In this document: positions 15,601 through 26,954 of the stretch, in pieces
How the letters are laid out: every line of letters starts with the position of its first letter
How positions within the stretch are numbered: the first letter of the stretch is position 1
Source of the DNA: Paramecium tetraurelia
Taxonomy: Eukaryota
Direction of reading: 5' to 3'
Assembly (NCBI GenBank): GCA_000165425.1
Contig: CT868507.1
Span: 124,001-188,000, forward strand
Length of the DNA: 64,000 bases
Notes under the pieces: generated by a model
Databases searched by the model: none
What the model saw: the letters and a program-made list of their open reading frames with translations, nothing else
Told to the model about the DNA's origin: nothing
Program-made: the position numbers and the translations under genes

Positions 15601-18600
15601 ACATATGTTATTACTGCTATCGTATTTACAAGTTGAGAAGTAGCTGTCACAATTGGATTGGGAATAGGGAGTTCCAATAACAGATGTGTACATTTCGCAT
15701 AATTTCTATGTGCAACCTGTATTGTCAGTCTTCCTAGTGCAATTAAACAACCAATTTTCACAATTAGTGTGTGATACAGACCCTATAAAATTTGAGCAAG
15801 TTCTTATAGTTTCACAATCCGAGCTATTTGAATAGAATGAGCAAGTACTAAGCCAACTTGAACAGTTTGATGCATTTAAGGCGAAAGACCCATGATTTGT
15901 ACAGGTTCTACTTTCACATAATAAAGTTGACGAATTGTAGGTGCATAAAGTATTCCAAGACTAACAGTTTGCAGTGTTCTTAGTAAGGTAAGAGGGCATG
16001 TTAGTACAAGTTCGAGTGATACAACCATTTAAGGATGAATTGACAGTGCAAGTGGATAGCCAAGCATTGCAGGTTGAATCATTATAAGGTCCAAATGACA
16101 ATAAAGTAGGAGAAGCATTTGAGCAGGTTTTATCTTCACATGAGGTGCCTGCATTATTAATAGTACAAGAAGAGAGCCAATTATTGCAATTGGTGTGATT
16201 CAATACCTTAATATTGGTTCCATAATTAGTACATGTTTTCGTACTTATACAAGCAGTTGATGTGTCATTGCCTGTACAATAAGATAACCATGTATTACAA
16301 CTGACTGAAGTATATGTGGCAGGAGTGATGTTACTACATGATTTATCTTGACACCCTGTACTAGACAGATTAGTGCAGGAAGACAGCCAATTGTTACAAT
16401 TAGTATGCGTGAAACTGGTTACGATTTGTCCATAATTATAGCAAGTCTTATCAATACAACCATCATAGGTAGAATTAACAGTACAAGTGGAGAGCCAGGC
16501 ATTACAATTAGTGTGATTATAGGAACTAACTACTGCATTGGTACATGTTTTATTTTCAATGCAACCTGAATTAGTAGAATTGGCAGCGCAATATGACAAC
16601 CAAGCACTGCAATTGGCATTTGTGAATGTTGTGACTTAGTCTCCATGATTATAACAGGTTTTATTTAAACACCCATTTTAAGCCACATTAGTAGTACATG
16701 TATTCATCCAAAGTTCGCAAGTAATAGAATCAAAGGCTACCAAATATGATGCAGCCAAGGCACATGTTTTATCTTAACAACTTGTTGCATTTAAGTATGT
16801 GCATGAGGATAACCAATTCTCACAATATTAATGAGTGTAAGTTGTCAATGAAGAATTAGAACAAGTACGAATATTGATACAAGCAGTGCCAGATGTGTTA
16901 GCAATACAAGCACTCCACCATGTTTGACAATTTACATTATTGAATACAGTTACATTAGATCCATGGTTTGTACAGGATTTAGGAGTGCATGTCCTAGTGG
17001 ATCCTGTATAAGTGCAATTGGATAACCAATTCTAACAATTTGTATGACTCAATTAACTAACTTAGATGCTGTGATTATAACAACTTTTTTGTTCACATCC
17101 AATGAATGTTGATTTGACTGTGCAATCTGATAAATAAGCTTAACAAAATTCATGAGTGTAGGTAGATAGTTAGGTATCAGTACAAGATTTCAATTTGCAT
17201 GCTGATGAACTATTATTAGTGCATTGATAATTGTAACTCTCACATGTGATATGAGTAAATGTAGACAATTATGGTGAACATCCTCTGGTATTTTCACATG
17301 CAGTACCACTTACATTTACTTAACAATAACTCAACCATGAACTGCAATTCGCATAGTTGAATACTGTCACATTGCTTCCGTGATTGGTACAGGTCTTGGG
17401 TTCACAAGTTTTGCCATTCGATGTGCATATACCCAACCAAATATTGCAGCTGGCATGATCTTATGTGTTGACAAAATCATTATAATTATAGCAAGTCTTA
17501 TCTGAACATTATGATCCTGATACGTATGTGCATCTCTACAACCAAGCTTCACAATTTACATGAGATTGAACACTCACATAGGAACTATGATTAGTGCATG
17601 TCTTATCATTGCATTATCCTACCGTTGTGTAGGTACATTAGTTAAACCAAGCAACACAATTTGCGTAATTGAAAGTAGTTAAATCAGTCAACGAACATTT
17701 TCTTTTGGATATGCATCCTGTATTATCTGAATTAACTGTACAAGTATTTAACCACTGATAACAAGTATTTGAAGTGTATGATACTAATTTGGCATTAGCA
17801 CATGTCTTAGGTTAACAACTTAATGAATCAGCAGACACAGTACAAAGATAATACCAATTGTTGCAATTTGCATAGTTGAAGTCTGTTATTGAATGATTGT
17901 AACAAGTCTTTTAAGTACAAGTAGAACCTGATACTGTACATTCATCCCACCATGCATTACAGTTATTGTGATTGAATACTGTTATTGCTGAACCATAATT
18001 AGTACAGGTTCTACTAGTAATACAAGCAGTATGATCATCATTTGAACTACATTTGAATAACCAATTACTACAATTGTCATCAGTGAAATCAGTAACATTG
18101 GATCCATAGTTCTTGCAAGTTCTCTCAATACATCCATTATTAGTAGAGTTCACTGTACAAAGCGGAGACCAACCAGAACAATTACTATGAGTAAAGGTAG
18201 TCACATTTGAACCATGATTGGTACATGTTCTTGTAATCTCACAGGCAGTTTGATCAGGATTGCCAGAACATCCTGACATCCATCCCGAACAGTTTGTGTT
18301 ATTAAATACAGTTACAGCATATCCATGATTGTTACATGTTCTGTCTACACATGAAGTACCCACCCAAGCACATAATTGATCCGATATATTCTTATAACAT
18401 TGATCATAATTCAAAGCATCAGAACAATTAGTTGGTTTATCTGCACAAGTTGTGGGTTTATTAACTGTACATGATGTCATCCATGCATAACAAGAGGAAT
18501 GATTGAATTCAGTGATTCCTTGAGTGGTTGTACATGTTCTATTTACACAATTAGACCCATTCCAGTAGCATTAGACATTTGATGATGAATATGTGCAATT

Positions 18601-21294
18601 AGCTGAATATGAATATTAAGAACAGAAGGATTGTAATGCCATGCAACCAGTAGGAACAGCTACATTATTCACAACACATGTAGATAACCAATTAGCACAA
18701 TTTGCAGGAGTAAAGTTACTAATTCCAATTGTCAAACTGCAAGTTCTATTTAAACAGTAAGGAGGATCTGCAGTTGTGTTCCAAGTACAGATAGTACCAG
18801 CACTATCTTTTACACATTGATATTATGATAGTTCATTGCAAGTTGCTTTCCTGATGGTACAACCATTACCACCTATTCTACGGACTACATTGCATCTATT
18901 ATCATAACCATGACATTCACTTTTATCATCATAGCTGGTTGTATCTGGTGAATAGATACACTATCTGTCTAAGCATGAGGTTACATACCATGAGCACTTA
19001 TTTCCATTCAAAATCTATTCACATTATCTCTGAGATGTGTAAGCACTGCAATTTGTTTACATAGTCATACATCCTCCTGTTCCTGTGGCCACAACAGTAC
19101 AAGTATTCAAAAAAGTATTGCATTTTGTAAATGTGTTATAATCTGTACTTGCAGGAGCATTGCTGCAAGTTCTATCAACGCAAGTTCCAATCCAAGCACA
19201 AGGACCTCCAGAGGCATTTGTGGATGTAGCAGTACATTAAGTGGTAGTGGTCATTTAAGAACAATTTGCTGGCTTTGGAATGCAACCACTTGCAGCATTA
19301 TTAACAATACAACCTGTGAGATATGCGTTACATTAATCATTATTAGTATGTGTATTGTCAGCAGTTTGACAACTCTTATTAGCACATACTCCATTTTTCC
19401 ATTGACAAATATTGTTGTTAATATCGAATCTACAACTATTTGAGTTTTGATATTGATCACAAGTGTTTAATGGTTGACAACCACTTCCAGTTGTTGTACA
19501 TCCAGTTAGATATGAATTACAGTCCTCATATGTTTACAGTATACTGGGAGCAGTATAACATTCCTTCTTTCTGCATGAATCTCCATACCATTCACAAGCG
19601 ACATTATAAGAGTTGGTGACACATTATTATGGTATCTTCATCTCACTACATTGATATGGTCTATTCATACATCCCATACCAGTATTTCTGACTGTACATT
19701 TACTCAGATATGATTTGCACTAAGCATCAGTCACAAAATTGTTATTCACTGGAGCATTTTCACAAGTCTTATCGAAACACAACCCAGTCCAATAACAATT
19801 ATTGCCCAATGAATCTGCCATACAGTTCTCCTTCTAGAATATAACATCACAAGTCATGTCGATACATCCATTTAAAGTCCTCTTTACAGTACACAATTTG
19901 GAATAAGTTTGACATTACTCATGTGTGTTATACACGATTGGTGCATTGCTACAAGTTTTTAATCTACATTAATCTTGATACCAGAAGCATTCTCTCCCTT
20001 ATTAATCTAATAAACAAGCTTCCTTTAATTTAATATTGATGCACTCCTAATTCTGAACACATCCTCCATTTAATTTAGTTATACAACCAGATTTATATTA
20101 TTCACAATCATAATTAGTATTCAATTCCTTTGGAGCATTATCACAGGTTCTATCCACACAACCATTTTTAGATGCATTAACTGTGCAATCCAATTTGTAA
20201 TCTGAACATTTCTAATGAGTGTTGTAACTTATGTCTGCATTGCTACAACTATATTGAACACAAGATTTAACATTCCAAGAACATTTCAACAATCCACTCT
20301 AACAACTGGTTTCATCTATAAAATCTTCACATTTACTATAGGTATGACAACCACCATTCAAATTAGGTACACAACCATTTAAGAATTGTTAGCATTCCTC
20401 GAATGTTCTTAATAATTCAGATGCATTGCTACAAACTCTCTCAACACATTCCGAATCCTTCCAATAACACTATTTACCATTCTTATCAATATTACAAGCT
20501 TCACTAGTTGTGATATCCACACAATTTCCAAGGTCATCACATCCTCCACCATTTGTTAAGATACATCCTTATAAATAAGAATTACAGTCCTCATTATTCT
20601 TTATACTGATCGGAGCAGATTAACAAGATCTGTTGCCACAAGATAAACCATTCCAATTACATTTCACCTGCATGAATCTATCCCAAACACATTGCTATTC
20701 ACCTTCCTGATTTGAACATGCCCATCCACTCAATTAACATCCACCTTAAGATGAAACTGTGCAATCACTATTCACTGCTCTACACTCAGCATCACTTTTC
20801 AATGATTTTGGCAATTAACCACAATCCACACTCTTTTAACAAATCTCATTCTCCCAATAACAATAGTTCCCTTCTGTATCTTATCCACATGATAAAGCTG
20901 TCTTGTAATCAGAACACTGTCCTATCTCCACGCATTTCTCTCCATCTGTTATACACTTTCGAGATATTGCTTAGCATAATTCATTTGTAATCTATAGATA
21001 TACACTACAAGCACTAAACTCAACACATTTGTCAACCAAAAATGCACATCCTGATTAACTACTGCAATTCTGCTAATTAAATTGAGAACAAAATGTTTCA
21101 CTATCTCCTTCATATATTATCTCCTATTTTAACTTCACTTGGCATTCTCCATCCTTCCACTGACAACCTTATTTTATGCAATCATCCTGCACCATCAGCT
21201 GTAAGCATTCGCATTCATAGTCACTCCCCAAATTGATCTCTTTCCCAATCAACACCCCACTTAAAAGAAGCAAAGCCAATATCAAATGTTTCAT
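9682..21294 (-). CDS. Giant Cys-periodic surface-antigen-like protein (3870 aa; Paramecium surface antigen repeats), signal peptide plus GPI-like C-terminus
   Basis: Starts MKHLILALLLLSGVLIG and ends NHGTMVMIILVILLF*. Start, stop and the Cys-rich track ORFs (13569, 15693, 16599, 18480) share one frame, and 11613 nt is a multiple of 3, consistent with no introns. Repeats of the type CxWxGxxCxDKTCxNAP. Confidence 0.92.
12900..18330 (-). repeat. Intragenic array of ~36-37 aa, 4-Cys repeats (TCxNxGxxVTxFNHxNCxxWxxxCTVNxxxxxC)
   Basis: Visible directly in ORFs 17911-18480, 15961-16599 and 13225-13569. Boundaries approximate. Confidence 0.85.
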
Positions 21295-21683
21295 ATTATT
21301 ATATATATTACTCTTAGAATCAATTATTTCAATAAACCATAATTCAATTCAAATTCTTCTATTTCATTATATAAAATATTTTTCATTATTTGGTACCAAA
21401 AAATCTTTTTTTTATACAATTATTAAACCAACTCTAACTCTAATCCCCATTGACTATGACATTCCAAACTCATTAGTAACACTAAAATTTATTTCTGTAT
21501 ATTTAAAAAAAAAACTAATAAATAATCATTCTCCTATGAATCATATGTATAAACCAATAGTAGTTTGCTATCCAATTAACTCTTTGATGTTATTATAATT
21601 AACTTTCCTAAAAAAAAAGATTGTTCACATTCAATATTGTAAAAACTCTGAACTATTATATTATATAAAAAACGAATTCAACT

Positions 21684-22931
21684 ATGATTCATCAGAAGAT
21701 TGTTTTCTTAGCCCTGATTTGTTTAGTTTCAGGAACAACAGTTATGAAGTAAGTTATAGATTGGTTAACTTAAATAGTAATTAAGAGGTGTGATGGATTC
21801 GTATGTTAATCCAGGTGTGTAATCTTCAATAGATGAATTAACATAATCAAAGATTGGACATATGGTTATTGATTTAGCTGAAGTTACAATGAGAGTTACT
21901 GGAGCTGTAGATTCATTAGTAGAGGGAGTCAAAGCCTTTGGTCGTCAAATTGAAGAGAGATTGAATTTGGAAAATACACAATGGGAAGTTGTTGAAAGTG
22001 AACATAATGCTAAAGTTATTTCACTCAGTTCATAAGCCAATCAAGCTGAATTTGATATCAATAGAGAAAAGAAAGTATTGAATTCAGAATTGATTCCAAG
22101 ATTGCATGAATTAGATGATGTATATTATAATCATTATCATATTATAGATCTTATTAGGACTCAAAGCCAAATAAACAGACAACACTTAATCATTCAAAGA
22201 AGCTGAAGCAGCTAGAAATACATAACATGATTCATTTGTATTGACCACAACAGAATTTACTGATGCTTTAAGAAATATAGATGAAGCATTAGATTTATTA
22301 ACTGATCTATTCAAAAGTGGAGAAGTTAGAGCTGCTTTCATTGAAGTATCTGATGAATAGAAACACAAAGTCAACAAAGCTTTAAGATAAGTCAAAGCTA
22401 ATACTGAGAATTTTGGACATCAATATTCATCATTCATCTAAGCATTAACTAATTTAACAGAAGGAATCAACTTCAAAGATAGATAAGTATTAAAAGAAAT
22501 GTGTGATTTCTTGAATAGTTTAAGATTGAATATCTTTGATGCCTTGACTAAAGCTTATAAAGATGAAGACAGTTAAAAATAATAAGATGAATTAAGAAGA
22601 TCATAATTGACAGCTGAAAAAGCAGTATTTGATTAATAATATGCTGATTTCTATTAAGAAAGAGAAGATAAAACAGTTAGAATTTCTGATGTTGAAACTT
22701 TGATCTCAACTAGACAAGCTGATCTTAAAGCTTATTAAGATAGATTAAGAACTGAAAATAATAATTATTCTGCCAATCTTAAAATTCATGATGATATTGT
22801 GGTAAATCTATATTCTTATATATCATTAGTCATCTGTCTAATAAGAATTAGCAGTCTTAGCAAAGGCATTGTAAGTGGTCCAAACTCCACCATTCTTAGA
22901 TTTCTTAAATGGAAGAATTGCTAAAGCATGA
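21684..22931 (+). CDS. Trichocyst matrix protein-like precursor (secretory granule lattice protein)
   Basis: Signal peptide MIHQKIVFLALICLVSG, then ELTQSKIGHMVIDLAEV and acidic heptad coiled coils with an AAFIEV processing-like motif. Three tiny introns; TGA at 22929-22931. Confidence 0.75.
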
Positions 22932-22970
22932 TTTTATAACATTTAATAATGTTGTAAAATAATTTATTAA

Positions 22971-23600
22971 TCATTTCTGACTTTATCGTTCTGTTTTCTA
23001 AGGCATAATTTTTTTAATTTTAAAGTCATCTGTTTTTGAAATATGTTATAATTAAAGCAAATGTATGATGTCTGATTTTTACTGATTTGCATCCTCAAGT
23101 ATAGTATTTTAGGAATTTAGATTCAAATTTGAGAAAGTTTTCACAGAAATCTTTTTACCATTAAGACTTAAATATTGTGAAGCTTCTTCGAACATGATTG
23201 CATCATAGCTATCTTAAGAATTCGCATCAATGATCTTTGCTCTGAGACAGAAAGCAAGTTTATATTCAGTATTTTATTTGCAATTTATACAATACAAACC
23301 ACCTTTCTCTTATTCCATCTTAGTACTACAAATTTTGCATTAATGGAACCATCTTTTTCTGTCTTCTAAATCTAAAATAATTTTGCAATTGTGTTCAAAA
23401 GAATCCCAAAGTGTCCTGTGTCCTGAGTCCAAACGTTGTCTAATTGTATGAAAATGGTCTATAATTTCACAGGATTGTACACCTAATAATTGGCCTTACT
23501 TTTCCTTATAAATAACTTTGAGAGTTCTTTTAAATTTCTTGTTTTAGAGTAATTGTTAAAGATTGGTTTTAAATTGTTCGTTTTCAATTATGTTTCCCAT
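22971..23600 (-). CDS. 209-aa protein resembling the RPA1/RPA70 C-terminal OB fold (DBD-C) with C4 zinc ribbon
   Basis: Intronless 630-nt code-6 ORF containing WFHQCKICSTKMEQEKGGLYCINCKQNTEYKLAFCLRAKIIDANSQDSYDAIMFEEASQYL, which matches the CxxC..GLYxCxxC..Y..L...I.D....F.E.A..L pattern of RPA70-C. Confidence 0.75.
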
Positions 23601-23627
23601 ATTTCTATTATTATTTTAATATTATAA

Positions 23628-24625
23628 ATGAATTAGTCCTTGTTTGAAAGTAATTTTATCAATAAGCAGCATATTTGTGAATATTTTGGAAATGTGGTAC
23701 ATATATGATATCATAGGTTTTATTAGCAACTGATTATTTAGGGGAGACTGTCTTAATCTTTTGCAATGGTGAAATACTAACCTATTAGTTGATTTAGTAG
23801 AAATAATGGGTGAATACTTCTTTATTGAAGGTGACTCCTTAACCAGAAATATTATCACTTAATGATTACAGGTTATAATTAAGTGGGAATGGACGTAAGT
23901 TCTTCCTTCTGCAAGTCGATGATCGACACGAATTCAATGTATCAATTTGGCATCGAGGTCACAAAGCCAAATGGATATTCTAACAGAGTTTAAAACTCAT
24001 TTCACATAGCAGTTTCATGTCAATAAATTTATCTGGAGATGCCCTTATGATTAGGCAATCTAACAGGATAATACTTTGGGAATTCAATTAACCATAAACC
24101 AAGATCGCTCGAAGATAATCCTTACCTTTTGAGACCTATTTAGCTTACTTCAATGAGAATAATAATGTTATAGCAGCAAAAGTGAAAAACAGTGTAGCTC
24201 TTCTAAAAAAACTCAATTGTATGTGGGTTAAGTATTAGAATATAAAGACCGAATAGGTAGCTTATATGCAATTTTACAAAAACAAGTTGATTATAATGAG
24301 TCATTTCTTATAAATTTACAAGATGAATGAATAGTTACACTTTCAGCTGGACAAAAAAATAAATTCTAAATTTTTTAATAATGAACCACAGTTCTGCTTA
24401 TATATGGGATCAATAGTTCTCGCTTAATTGTCATCTTAGGATTTAGAGTATCATAAATTAGAAAACAATGTTTGGTTGTAAGACGAGGAGTATATTACTG
24501 GAAGATTTGAGGCACAATAGATAGTGTAATCGAAGGACAAGAAAAAATTGTTCTTTTATCGAAAACGATTTGGTGGAATAGTTTTCGAGAAGAAAAATAA
24601 AATTAAATAGAAAATTTAAGAATGA
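23628..24625 (+). CDS. Hypothetical protein, probable degenerate beta-propeller
   Basis: ATG at 23628 with tiny 5' introns (exact structure uncertain), then an open frame (..VSIWHRGHKAKWIFQQSLKL..RIILWEFN..WVKYQNI..) to TGA at 24623-24625. Confidence 0.6.
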
Positions 24626-24675
24626 ATTTTTAATATTCTTTGGTTAAATGACTTTACCACAAATAATTTTAATTT

Positions 24676-26873
24676 ATGAAAAAAGGACTCATCCGTCTCT
24701 CTTCTAACTATCTACTAAGACAATCTAAGTTATTTAGCACCAACAATCGATTAGTCTTCAGATTCTGTTCAGCAAAATAAGAAAAGCATGAATTCAAAGC
24801 AGAAACCAAGAAATTACTTGACATCGTTGCTAAATCCATTTACACTGACAAGGATGTTTTCTTAAGAGAATTGCTCTCCAATGCCTCAGATGCCTTAGAA
24901 AAACAAAGATTCTTGGCAACTTAAAAGGGAGAGTAAGTTCCATCAGATCTAGAAATAAAGATTGATTTAGATGAATAAAAGAGAACAATCACAATTGAAG
25001 TAAATGAGTATATACTATTCAAAAGGACTCTGGTATAGGTATGACAAAATAAGAGATGATTGACAATCTTGGAACAATTGCAAGAAGTGGTTCAAAGTAA
25101 TTCTTAGAGCAAGTTGGATCATAAATGAACGATAAGATCATTGGTTAATTTGGTGTTGGATTCTATTCCTCATTTATTGTAGGAGACACTGTAGAAGTAG
25201 TGAGTAAAAGTGAAAGATCAGATAAGACTTATGTTTGGGTATCAGATGGAACAGGAACATTTGAAATTTCAGAAGCAAAGGATTATTTCCAAGGAAGAGG
25301 AACTAAAATAACTATCCATCTCAGACCAGATTAGGCTATTTTCAGTAAGAAGGCTGAAGTGCTTAAGACTATCCAGAGATACTCTAATTTCATCAATTAT
25401 CCAATCGTTGTGAATGGAGAGAGATAAAACATTGTATCAGCCATTTGGGTGAGAAACAAGAACGAAATCACTCCAGAAGACTATAATAAATTCTATGAAT
25501 ACATTTCAAATTCTAAACTTGCTTACAAATATAAACTTCATTATTCTACAGATGCTCCTCTATCAATCAAAGCCTTGTTGTACATTCCATAAACACATAT
25601 GGAGAAGTAATTTTTTTAATTGTTATTTCTAGATATGGTATGTAAATGGAAGAATTCGATATCAGTCTTTATTGTAAGAAGATATTGATAAGGAAGAACT
25701 GCAGAGAACTCCTACCACATTTCCTTAGATTTGTCAAAGGAGTTGTGGATTGTGAAGATCTCCCCTTAAATATTTCAAGAGAGGGCTATCAAGATACAGC
25801 CTTGATTGCTAAACTCAAATCTGTAGTTGCCAAAAGAATTATCAAAAGAAATTGAATCAGAGGCTCTCAGAGATCCGGCAAGTTACCTTGCTTGGTATTA
25901 GGACTTTTAGAACTTCATTAAAGAAGGAGTTGCTATGGATGATGAACATAGAAACTCTATGACTAAACTATTGAGATTCTAAACAAACAAATCAGAAGAC
26001 TTCATTTCTTTGGATGATTACATTTCTAAATTACCTCAAGGCATCAACAACATCTATTATTATCTTGCTCCAACAAGACAATAAGCTCTAACATCACCAT
26101 ATATGGAACCATTTTCTAATTCAGAAATTCCTGTCATTTTGACAATGAATCATATGGATGAAGTTGTATTCAAATAAATAAATGAATATTCATCAAAAAA
26201 GTTTGTTAATATTGAAAGTGATTAAGCTGAAGTTGACAAGGTTGCTTAAAAATCAACTGAAGAAAATGAAAAAAAGGAGGAAACTAATGTTGAAACAACA
26301 ATACCTAATGATGAAATCACACCATTCTGTTTATGGTTAAAGAATGAATTGAATCCGATTATCTCTTAAGTTCAAATCTCTAAAAGATTAAAGACTTCCC
26401 CTGCTATCATTGTTTCTGCAATATCATCTGGAATGAGATAAGTCATGCATGCTATGGGACAATCTACTGTATTATTTAATATCTATATTTTAGGATGACT
26501 TAAAGAACTTGACTCTAGAAATCAATGTATAAAATCCAATCATTGTTAATTTAAATAAAGTGAGAAAATCTAACAGAGTTATTGCCTCTTTAGCAAGCAA
26601 ATAAATTTTGGATGGTTGTCTCTTGTCTTCTGGATTATTAAGAGACCCAAAGGAAGTCGTTGAAAGATAACATAAAATCTTAAATGTTTTATTAACATCT
26701 GAAATGTATATATTTTTATAAATGAAATTAGCAACACACCAATTATTGAAGAAGTTGGAGCATATAGAGAGGAGGCTGTTAAGTAGAAGGATTCAAAGAA
26801 GGATGATTTGGATACAGAAATTATCATTGACAGTGATGGTAATCCCTAAGTTGTTAAAAAGAATAAAAAATGA
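24676..26873 (+). CDS. TRAP1: Mitochondrial HSP90 (TRAP1/HSP75); one apparent +1 frameshift near 25844-25847
   Basis: Basic presequence [16 protein letters not shown], then [78 protein letters not shown]. Confidence 0.93.
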
Positions 26874-26954
26874 ATAGTATTGTATATTAAAGATATTACG
26901 TTTATAAGAATTTAGTGTTACTTTTATTAATAATTCAAGATTTCATTCGGTGAT

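Noticed and set aside
12900..18330. CRISPR-like or non-coding tandem array
   Set aside because: The periodicity is at the protein level with degenerate codons inside one continuous reading frame.
23628..24625. Second OB-fold gene forming a split RPA1 with its divergent neighbour
   Set aside because: Careful translation gives W..Q.L propeller-like repeats rather than an OB-fold pattern.
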